Below are positions 34,301 through 42,479 of a stretch of DNA of 64,000 bases, piece after piece. Under the pieces are notes generated by a model. The model did no database searches. It worked only from the letters and a program-made list of their open reading frames with translations, and was not told where the DNA came from. The position numbers and the translations under genes are program-made. The DNA comes from Heterodontus francisci (lineage: Eukaryota). Each line of letters starts with the position of its first letter. Within the stretch, counting starts at the first letter, position 1. Location: NCBI RefSeq assembly GCF_036365525.1, contig NC_090417.1:9198152-9262151 (forward strand), in the 5' to 3' direction.

Positions 34301-37229
34301 CCGAGTCTGTGCTGACCAAGAACCACCCATTTATACTAACCCTACAGTAATCCCATATTCCCTACCACCTACCTACACTAGGGGCAATTTACAATTGCCA
34401 ATTTACCCATCACCTGCAAGTCTTCGGCAGTGGGAGGAAACCGGAGCACCCGGCGAAAACCCATGCGGTCACAGGGAGAACTTGCTAACTCCGCACAGGC
34501 AGTACCCAGAATTGAACTCGGGTCCCTGGAGCTGGTGCTAACCACTGCGCCTCATTCACAAGGTTCTTCTCACTTACCTTTGTTTCTCATGAGATTTTTA
34601 TGGACTCTTCTAATACAATTCAAGGTTCTACATGCCCCAGGATGTCCATCCACACTTGGAGGCCGTTGGCCATTTCAAAGTCAATGGGTGAGGATGGCCT
34701 TTACTGCTGTCCTAATGAAGCCATTTTAGGTAATTCAACCACTTCAAACAAGCCATTGTGCTGGCTGGGCTTCTTGTTAGACTTTTTGTCTCCAGTCCAA
34801 TCTCCTGGTATTGGGGCGGCACAGTGGCGCAGTGGTTAGCACCGCAGCCTCACAGCTCCAGCAACCAGAGTTCAATTCCGGGTACTGCCGGTGCAGAGTT
34901 TGCAAGTTCTCCCTGTGTCTGCGTGGGTTTCCTCCGGGTGCTCCGGTTTCCTCCCACATACCAAAGACTTGCAGGTTGATAGGTAAATTGGCCATTAGCA
35001 ATTGCCCCGAATATCGGTAGGTGGTAGGGAAATATAGGGACAGGTGGGGATGTGGTAGGAATATGTAATTAGTGTAGGATTAGTATAAATGGGTGGTTGA
35101 TGCTCGGCACAGACTCGGTGGGCTGAAGGACCTGTTTCAGTGCTGTATCTCTAAACTAAAACTAAACTTCAGATGTAGTAGTGGCCATCTTGGCTGCTAG
35201 TTTTTTTTCAAGTTACTCGTAAGGTTTCTTTTCCATTAAAAGTCTAAGATGAGCTTCCAACCGATGAAATTAATATTTCCCATTTGGCATATAGGGTTTT
35301 CCTGACACTTTCCATTCTAGTTTGATAGAAACCTTTAAGAGGGATAATTTATTCCTCGATAGTTGCTGCATTCATTTTTGGATTCTTTTTGCTTCCAGAT
35401 GCTATGTTGGCATCCTTGTGGTCCTGTGGAACGTTTTCCTGATCCCAGATACTCTAATCTTGTTAACAAGCTCTGTACCATTAATCATTCCAAATCTCTG
35501 CCTGAATGCCGTCTTCTGCATTGCAGACCACCTCTCTTGGGAAAACACTGCAGTTGACCAGCCCACGTGGAGCGAAGAACTGAAATCTGGTTCAGCATGT
35601 TTCAAAGACCATCTATGCCAAACGTGCAACATCCAACTGTTCAGAGGAATGCCAGAGGTGGTGTAGCAACAGAAGATTCCCCTAATAACGACTATATGAA
35701 CTACTGTGGAATTCCATGCCGATCCCACGTTGGATACTCCTCAAGTCTTTGAGTCCTCCTCACTGTTTCCCAATCCCCTACTTTTGTGTCACAAGCAAAT
35801 TTTATTATGTTGCCCATGTCTGTAAAAATCATACATTTTATAAATCTACAAAAAACATGGCTCCAGCCTAAATTTTTTATAACAAGTTCCCTATGAACCA
35901 CCTTACTAAACACTTTCCAGTCATCCTACAACTACTGGATTCCCTCTTTCTGTAATTAGTCAAAAAATTTAAATGTGCTGAACATAACTTGGCTTTCACA
36001 AATCCAACGGTTGAAGGTGATGGCTTCGATCTTCGCAATATTCCGGTGGAGGAAGATCAAACACACCGAAAACTAGAAGTCGGAAAGCTGCCCAACAATA
36101 CAGTGATGGGGGAAGGGACACAAGATGTGGTGCAGAGATAGAGTTTGATATCACCTGTGTATATATGAAAGCTGCAAATAATATCACCAATGTGCAGCAT
36201 GTAGATGAGGAAGAGGAGGGGGCCCTGGATGAATCATTGGGGGACAACAGAACTGAGAATATAGGGGTGAGAAGTTAAACCATTATAAGAGATACTACAC
36301 TACAGTAGTTCAAGAAGATGACTCCCCACCACCTTCGCAAGGGCAATGAGGGATGGGCAACAAACACTGGCCCGCTCACATCCCATGTAAAAATAAACTC
36401 TGGCTCAAATTACTTCTGCAACAGTGCAATCAGGAAGGGTGGTACCAATGGAGAACAGGCAGTGGTGGAGGAAGAAGATTCTAGATGTGTTGAGGGAAAA
36501 TGAAGCACCTCAATTTTCAAAGTGTCACCTGACTATTTGAGGGCTTCTACATGGGCACTGCACTATGTTAACTGTATCACAGATACAAAGAACAGGGGGA
36601 AAAAAAGAGGGATGTAGGGCCATTTTGTTTAGAAAACCTTTTCTTCTAATTGTACCATTAGTGTTTTCTTAATGGTGCCTCCTCCTGAGTGAAAGGACAC
36701 ACACACAGCTGATTTTTCACAGAAACAGAACACTGTAGATGCTGGAAATCTGGAGAGAAAAAAACAGAAAATGCTGAAAATATTCAGCAGGCCAGGCAGC
36801 ATCTGTGGAGAGAAAAACAGAATTAATGGTTCAGGTCTGTGACCTTTCATCAGAACTCACAGTTGATTGTTGTTTTGGTCACTCTTAGTCCAGTTAAAAT
36901 GGTCAGTGCTCGGAAATTTGCTCTGACTGTTAAGCTATTTCGGACAGAACAACAATTAGTGCGGCTGAATGAAACAGTAATGCCTCTTCCAGGGCACTTT
37001 TATCGAGTTTCAGATGTGTGGGAGATCTGCACAACTGTTGGAGAAAGAGGAAGTTAGCGCCCAAGAAAATATTAAGAGTGGAGAGAAGCTGGCAGGGCAA
37101 TCCCAATTGGGTACGAGCGGTACCATACTTACCGATAATGGGTCTTTGGTTGATTTCCACTGTCTGGAGCCCGTGAAAAGAGCAGCAGCCAAATAGCAGC
37201 AGCAAGAAGAGCGCAGGCTGAGACATCAT
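10213..37229 (-). CDS. GGH: Gamma-glutamyl hydrolase (GGH-like, peptidase C26), 9 coding exons, 313 aa
   Basis: Exons 37133-37229, 31608-31722, 30234-30284, 26550-26634, 25573-25711, 24399-24505, 21799-21892, 14277-14414 and 10213-10328 sum to 942 nt, join in frame and all have GT/AG introns. Motifs: signal peptide, [28 protein letters not shown] (catalytic Cys), NFH, GVQWHPE (His/Glu), EARKN. It may be a paralog rather than the strict ortholog of human GGH. Confidence 0.95.
11174..14014 (+). mobile_element. Solo LTR (family B) interrupted by a CR1
   Basis: TGTCA...AACA ends, 4-bp TSD TCAG (11170-11173 and 14015-14018), 3' end similar to the LTR at 57549-58515. Confidence 0.75.
11886..13867 (+). 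mobile_element. CR1 LINE, 5'-truncated (RT fragment with internal tandem duplication)
   Basis: [53 protein letters not shown]; CR1 3' end gggccgaagggcctg...tgttctatgttct. Confidence 0.93.
14277..14414 (-). CDS. GGH: GGH-like exon 8 ([20 protein letters not shown]...ADFFVNE)
   Basis: ctctgcag acceptor, AAG|GTACT donor, 138 nt, catalytic His/Glu in QWHPE. Confidence 0.96.
14995..15225 (-). mobile_element. 3'-end fragment of the LINE family seen at 1183-5433
   Basis: cttgagaaggtgctggtgagccgccttcttgaa...gaaggaacagcgatatagttccaagtc matches 1250-1410. Confidence 0.7.
15444..15627. mobile_element. hAT-type MITE (184 bp)
   Basis: Imperfect 15-bp TIRs caacgtcccctctaa / ttagatggaacattg; degenerate 8-bp TSD gtctgcat / gtcaccat. 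Confidence 0.6.
15995..20370 (-). mobile_element. Near full-length degenerate CR1 LINE in GGH intron 7
   Basis: ORF1 zinc finger/zipper (CMSCGMW...[12 protein letters not shown]), SGNH esterase (DRLHL), endonuclease (AILDLVLCN), RT (YRPVSMTS) and CR1 3' end. Confidence 0.9.
21799..21892 (-). CDS. GGH: GGH-like exon 7 ([31 protein letters not shown])
   Basis: tttggtag acceptor, AAG|GTAGGT donor, 94 nt, EFVSTME motif. Confidence 0.95.
22255..22700 (-). mobile_element. CR1 3' fragment
   Basis: [17 protein letters not shown]...[12 protein letters not shown]. Confidence 0.8.
22765..24377 (+). mobile_element. CR1 RT/3' fragment with a short nested CR1 3' end (~23287-23412)
   Basis: [40 protein letters not shown]; the insert matches 13765-13866. 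Confidence 0.88.
24399..24505 (-). CDS. GGH: GGH-like exon 6 ([36 protein letters not shown])
   Basis: pyrimidine tract + cacag acceptor, AAG|GTAAT donor, 107 nt, EPLTxNFH motif. Confidence 0.95.
25045..25420 (-). mobile_element. Degenerate DeuSINE (SacSINE1-like)
   Basis: ttgcatttatatgacgcctt tail and Deu-domain remnants, reverse-complement similar to 26853-27288. Confidence 0.55.
25573..25711 (-). CDS. GGH: GGH-like exon 5 ([20 protein letters not shown]...LPLNLTN)
   Basis: ctgcag acceptor, G|GTAGG donor, 139 nt, catalytic Cys motif WGTCLG. Confidence 0.96.
25770..26260 (+). mobile_element. L2 LINE 3' fragment
   Basis: [19 protein letters not shown]...[12 protein letters not shown], the typical L2 ORF2 C-terminus. 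Confidence 0.8.
26550..26634 (-). CDS. GGH: GGH-like exon 4 ([28 protein letters not shown])
   Basis: cctttcctgttcacag acceptor, AAG|GTAGA donor, 85 nt, FPGG oxyanion strand. Confidence 0.95.
26853..27288 (+). mobile_element. DeuSINE (SacSINE1/AmnSINE-related)
   Basis: tRNA-like head (gtggctcaattggcagc...gggttcaagt), Deu domain (aagatcccacagcactatttc...gattatctggtcattatc...ttgctgtgcacaaattgg), tail ctatataaatgcaag. Confidence 0.75.
27925..28155 (+). mobile_element. CR1 3' end fragment
   Basis: agagggtggtgggggtctgg...gatgggccaagtggcct...ctatgattctatga. Confidence 0.7.
28225..28430. repeat. Inverted pair of Penelope-type short repeats
   Basis: Minus copy (tctggaaatactcagcaggtctggcagtatctgtggagag...ccatcag) followed by plus copy (ctgatgagaggtcacagacct...gccagacctgctgagcatttc). 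Confidence 0.6.
28590..29575 (+). mobile_element. CR1 RT/3' fragment
   Basis: [26 protein letters not shown]; close relative of the copy at 61380-63600. Confidence 0.88.
30234..30284 (-). CDS. GGH: GGH-like exon 3 ([17 protein letters not shown])
   Basis: tttattttgaactcag acceptor, GG|GTAAGT donor, 51 nt; resembles human LDLTEKDYEILFKSING. Confidence 0.93.
30457..30902 (-). mobile_element. Solo LTR (446 bp, family C)
   Basis: TG...CA ends, 5-bp TSD CAGGG (30452-30456 and 30903-30907), AATAAA on the minus strand near 30512. Confidence 0.6.
31608..31722 (-). CDS. GGH: GGH-like exon 2 ([39 protein letters not shown])
   Basis: ttttgtctcacag acceptor, AG|GTATT donor, 115 nt; not seen in this frame by the ORF track. 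Confidence 0.95.
31846..32197 (-). mobile_element. HE1-like V-SINE
   Basis: V-domain, tRNA head and (ctaaa)n tail. Confidence 0.88.
32473..33375 (+). mobile_element. Solo LTR (family A, uninterrupted)
   Basis: TGTCA...TAATA ends, 4-bp TSD ATAG (32469-32472 and 33376-33379), internal AATAAA near 33178; homologous to 1063-6151. Confidence 0.8.
34254..34551 (-). mobile_element. HE1-like V-SINE
   Basis: V-domain, CR1-type tail, slightly deleted head. Confidence 0.85.
34813..35167 (+). mobile_element. HE1-like V-SINE
   Basis: ggggcggcacagtggcgcagtggttagc head, V-domain, (ctaaa)n tail. Confidence 0.9.
35340..35750 (-). mobile_element. Old degenerate RTE LINE fragment
   Basis: Frameshifted minus-strand pieces [20 protein letters not shown] and ECSNYRGI parallel GKDSITPEII, VPQDMRDANI and DCNNYRGI of the RTE at 3367. 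Confidence 0.65.
36725..36857 (-). repeat. Penelope-type short repeat in GGH intron 1
   Basis: Reverse complement reads agttctgatgaaaggtcacagacctgaaccattaattctg... Confidence 0.6.
37133..37229 (-). CDS. GGH: GGH-like exon 1 (signal peptide; [16 protein letters not shown]...NQRPII)
   Basis: ATG at 37229, hydrophobic leader, RPII motif, donor G|GTAAGT, phase 1. Confidence 0.9.
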
Positions 37230-37900
37230 GATGTGACGGACTGGGCTGCAAAGGGGAAATTTGCAACCCGGAAGCACTGCGGCCGCTCACATTGCAAGGC
37301 AGATTGCCAGTGATGAGAAGGGAGGAGCCGATCCAGGCGGGGTTTGCCCCAGTACTGGGACTGGTGGGGGAGGTCAAGTGGGGATCCCTCAGCTGCTTGG
37401 GGGCCCGGGCTGGGTAGTGGCGTCACAGGGGAAGGTATTGTCCCGCCTCAGCGGTATGAGCAGAGGGAGAGGAGGCGCTTCCCAGACATGGCAGCGTAAA
37501 CCAAGCAGCGCCGCCCGTGCAGCGAGGCCCCAGCACCATGTGAAGCGGGCTCGGGGCCACAAGTGACCAGGTAAGGGCTGCTGGAGCTACCCTGAGCGCG
37601 GCGGGCTCGGCTTCAACACAGAGACCTAACTGGAGATGCCCCTCCGAGTTTGCGCCACTCCTCCTGCCAGAGCCTGAAACTTTGTTTCTGTTACTTTCTT
37701 GCTCGGAACCCTCCTCTCCCCTCCTCTCCTCCCACCCCAGACACAGCAGCAACTGCTGCACCGTCCAACCCCCAAGGAAACGCAACGACAAAGGAAATTT
37801 GGGCTGCGGAGTTAATCTCTTCCACCCCGAGCATAACTTCGAAAGTGCGATTCTCACTTTCTCTCTTCCCCGAGTTCAGGATTGAATGACCTGCAGATAA
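37200..37900. promoter_or_regulatory. GC/CpG-rich putative bidirectional promoter for GGH-like (-) and ITPRIP (+); candidate non-coding ITPRIP exon 1 ending at 37570
   Basis: Local CpG enrichment, GC-box-like motifs, GGH start at 37229 on the minus strand, plus-strand donor CAG|GTAAGG at 37570/37571. Confidence 0.65.
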
Positions 37901-38169
37901 AGCAGCAATTTTCATTGTTTTAGTGTTGTCCATTCGTCACGTAATCCTGATGTAGCTAATCACTCCTGATCAATACACTTTTATAAAAATGAATTCAAAC
38001 TGTCCTTGGGCATGTGATCTCAATACTCATTTGAGTAAGGACATCAACTTTCATCTATTAATGTGTTTGTTGGTAAAATGGTCAGACATAAAGCAGTGTG
38101 TGTCTGCGTTTTAGGATTGTGAATGCTTTTCTTTCCTAATTAGTGAATATATGGGGAGCACATGTACCT

Positions 38170-40340
38170 GTATCGATAGGAACATAGGAAATCGGAGCAA
38201 GAGCAGGCCATTCGGCCCCTCGAGCCTGCTCTGCCACAGGAAGCTATGAGGGGCAAGTTGGCTATGGTGGATTGGGAACATACATTAAAAGATTTGACGG
38301 TAGACAGGCAATGGCTACTATTTAAAGAAGTACTACACGGTTTAAAACAAATGTACGTTCCTCGAAGACACAAAAACCCAACAGAATAAAGGTGAATTAA
38401 CCGTGGCTAACAATAGAAGTTAAAGATTGCATTAGATGAAAAGAGATGACGAATAAGGTCACCAGAAAAAGTGGTCAGCTTGAATATGGGAGCAATTTAG
38501 AATCCACTAAAGGAGTATCAAGAAACTGATAAAGAAAGGGAAAAGAGAATATGAAGCAAGCTCACTAAAACCATGAAGGCAGACTGTTAAAGCTTCTTTA
38601 GGTAGATGAAAAGGAAAAGATTCGCAATGACAAATGTGGGTCCATTCCAGGTGGAGAATTGGGAAATGGCAGAGAGACCAAACAATTACTTTGTCTTCAC
38701 AGAGGAAGACACAGAAAATGTAACAGAAATATTAGGATAACAAGGGACTTGTAAAAAGGAGGAACTGAAAGAAATTAGTATCAATAAAGAGGTAGTACTC
38801 AAAAAATTAAGTGGATTGAAAGTTGATAAATCCCTGGACCAGATGAGCAACATTGAAGGAGATGGCATAGAGATAGTGGATGCATTGTTGGTTATATTTC
38901 AAAATTCTATAGATTCTGAAAGGGTTCCTGCAGATTGGAAAGTAGCAAATGTAACCCCATGATTTAAGAAGGGAGCGAGAGAGAAAATGGACAACTACAG
39001 ACCTGTTAGTTTGACGTCACTTGTATGGAAAATGTTAGAATCTATTATAAAGGAAACGATAACTGGACACTTGGAAATTAATGGTACGATTGGGCAGAGT
39101 CATGAAAGGGAAATCATGTTTGACAAACCTGTTGGAGTTTTTTGAGGATGTTACTTGGAGGATAAAGGAGAACTAGTGGATGCGGTGTATTTGGATTTGC
39201 AGAAGGTTCTTGATAAGGTCCCACACACGAGGTTGGTGAACAAAATTTAGAGCACTTGGTATTGGGGGTAATATACTGATATGGATTGAGAACTGGCTAA
39301 CAGACAGAAAGCAGAGAGTCGGAAGAAACGGGTCATTCTCAGGAATGGCAGGCTCTTAGTAGTGGGGTACTGGAAGGATCAGTGCTGGGGCCACAGCTGT
39401 AAACAATCTATCTAAATATGGGGACCAAATGTAATATTTCCAAATTTGCTGATGACCCAAAACTAGGCGGAAATGTAAGTTGTGAGGAGAATGCAAGGAA
39501 GCTTCAAGCGGACTTGGACAGGCTAAATGAATGGGCATGACCATGACAGATGGAATATAATGTGAAGTGTGAGGTGATCCACTTCGGTAGAAAAAACAGA
39601 AAAACGGACTATTTCTTAAATGGTGAGAGTTTGGGAAGTGTTGATGTCCAAAGGAACCTGGGTGTCCTTGCTCATGAGTCGCTAAAAGCTAGTATGCAGG
39701 TACAGTAAGCAATTAGGAAGGCAAATGGTATGTTGGCCTTCATCAGAACAAGATTTGAGTACAGGAGTAAAGATGTCTTGCTGCAATTGTATAGAACCTT
39801 GGTGAGACTGCACCTGGAGTATTGTGTACAGTTTTGGTCTCATCTAAGAAAGGATATACATGCCATCAAAGAAGTGCAGCAAAGGTTCACCAGACTAATC
39901 CTTTGAATTGTGGGATTGTTTTATGAGGAGAGATTGCAGAAATTGGGTCTGTATTCTCTAGAGTTGCGAAGAATGAGAGGTGATTCCACTGAAACTTAGA
40001 AATTCTTACAGAACGCGACAGGGTAGATGTGGATAGAATGGTTCCACTGGCTGACGAGTCGAGAACCAGGGGATACAGTCTCAGAATAAGGAGCAGGTCT
40101 TTTAAGACTGAGATGAGAAGGAATTTCTTCACTTAGAGGGTGGCGAATCTATCTAATTCTCTATCCCAGAGGCCTGTGGAAACTCAATCATTGAGCATAT
40201 TCAAAACAGAAATCGACAGTTTTCTGGATACTAATGACATCAAGGGACGTGTGGATATTGGGGGAAAATGGCACAGGGGTAGATGATCAGCCATCATGTG
40301 TTTGAATGTGGAGAAGGCTCCTATTCCTATGTTTCCTATG
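38170..40340 (+). mobile_element. Degenerate CR1 ORF2 fragment
   Basis: Nucleotide motifs of [21 protein letters not shown] and the CR1 3' end, with many stops. Confidence 0.85.
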
Positions 40341-40600
40341 TTGGAACTAGATCATGCTGATCTACCTCGATGCCATTTTCCCGCACTCGCCCCGTATCCC
40401 TTGATATCTTTAATATCTAGAAATCTATTGATTTTTGTCTTGAATATCCCCAACGACTGAGCCTCCAAAGCCTTCTGGGGTAGGGAATTCCAAAGATTCA
40501 CAACCCTCTGCATCAAGAGATTCCTCCTCTTCTCAGTCTTTAATGGCCAACCTCTTATTCTGAGACTTTGTCCCCTGTTCTAGAACCCCCAGCCAGGTCC
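40340..40600 (-). mobile_element. CR1 3' fragment
   Basis: gactgagcctccaaagccttctggggtagggaattccaaagattcacaaccctctg, similar to 16160-16300. Confidence 0.7.
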
Positions 40601-42479
40601 CTGTTGAGCCATAGAAGGATTTCTCTCTACTTGTGCCACTGCTTCATCTATCTGGTTACAAATCCTTTGTACATTCAGATAATGAGCCTTTAATTTTAAT
40701 GTTTTACCTTTTATTTCCTGCTTTGATCTTATTTAATGATGCTCCATTACTGTTAAACTCTCTGTCCCTTCGTGTCACACTCTGCTTATCTTAACCCGAA
40801 TAGCGACTACTCTGTAACCTTGATTTTTCTGTTTAGCTTTCTAAATTTTCCCTCACCTGACCACACCCCCTCTTCCCCCCCCCCCCCCCCCCACCCACCA
40901 ACCCCACCATCCCAGTCCTCACTTTTTAATTTAAAAACCCTATCTTATTATTCGATTTGCCAGGACACTGATCCCAGCCCAGTTTAAGTGGAGCTCGTCC
41001 AGAGGGACAGCTTCCTCTTTTCCCAGCATGATTGTATTTAAGACATGTTCCTAAAATTCCAGTGCATGTGCCTAAAATAATACTGTAGCCACACTTGTGG
41101 CTAGTCAGGAATTTCAGTTGGACAACACTAGTGTATTCTGCTTATCCTGGAGGACAATGTCGTTTTTCATTTGTTGTGGTGAGAATATGATCAAGGAGCA
41201 GAAAGAGTTATGATGTTGGTAGAATTTTTCACTGTTGCATCATTCCAGTCTCTTCACGAGTTTACTTCTCCCCAGCTTTGAGCAGTGAGCTTCTTTCTCT
41301 TCATGCCAGGCTTCTTTGTAATTTTTGTGTCTATTTTCAAGATGAGCTGAAGTAGGCCTCCTTTACTCAGTGGCTGTTCCTCTGACATTTTTTTTAAAAC
41401 TTCTATTTTCATCAATGTCCATTCTTTTTATAATATAATACTGACTTTATCAGAGCTTATTCGACTTTTTGTGTTATCTTTTTTGTGACAATAGAATGAT
41501 TCCAACTCTTATAATAGGCTTTGCATCCAAGTGAGTACAGGGATACTGCTGGTGAGAGATGATGTCATTGAAAGCATAAAAGTGCATTTGAATGTTGCTT
41601 CAATATTTGAGAATACCTAAACTCCTCTAAGACCTCTATTGCTCTCCTTGAAAGACCGAAGAATAAGTCTGGGTGGTGATGAAACCGATATAGAATATAA
41701 ATGGTAAGTTTTTCAGAATAAAAGATGAGGAAGACAAATATGTGCCCAAAGTCAAAAGAAGGGAGTGTGGTCTGAAGAAGTCATGGTGACTGACTGGTTT
41801 TGTACAATGACAAATAATATGTAAAAATAAGTTTCCAGAAATTAAAGTCATATATGTACTGGGAACAGTTAAAGAAAACCAAGGCCTCTGATCAGCTGAA
41901 AGAATAATGGGAAAAGAGTAGTCAATTGCAGAGGGAATGGGAAAAGCTTTTTCAGCTATGTGAAGAGTCAGAAAACAGTCTAAAGACTGTACTGGGCTGT
42001 TGAATGATACTTCAGGACAGGTTACGAAGGATTCACTGGGTTGGGCAGACATACAAAATGAGTACTTTGCATCAGTCTTCACTCTTTGAATTCTGTCAGT
42101 CAAGCATTAATAATGATAAAACTATTACCAACATGGATGAACATATTGTTTTAGGTAGAATTCAAAACCTTGACCATACATAGGGCAGCATAATCAGATG
42201 ATAGTTCCTGAAGGTTCTTGAGAAGGCAAGCCCCTTGCCTGTATCTTTAATAGTTTGTTTGGACTGGAAGGAGGCAAATTTAGTCCCAGGAATTAAAAAT
42301 GAATAAGATGGATGCAGGTAACTCAGGCCATTAGTTTGAAGTCAGTAATAGGGAAGATGCTGGAGGCAATCAATATGTGATTATTTGGATAGAGAGGGAA
42401 ATATTAGGGACACCCAAATTGGCTTCAAAAATGACAGCTTTTAATTTAATTTACAATCAAACATCACAGGCAAGCAGGG

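Larger units (their letters stand above)
33603..35307 (-). mobile_element. Solo LTR containing two SINE insertions
   Basis: tgttatgg...cctgaca ends; near-TSD cttc/cttt; layout resembles the other solo LTRs. Confidence 0.55.

Noticed and set aside
36930-37277. 115-aa ORF as a standalone gene
   Set aside because: Only 37133-37229 is coding (GGH exon 1); the rest is UTR and intron read-through.
40875-40892. Poly-C tract, and (CA)n/(GA)n microsatellites near 10557, 33835 and 34143
   Set aside because: Ordinary simple repeats with no further structure.
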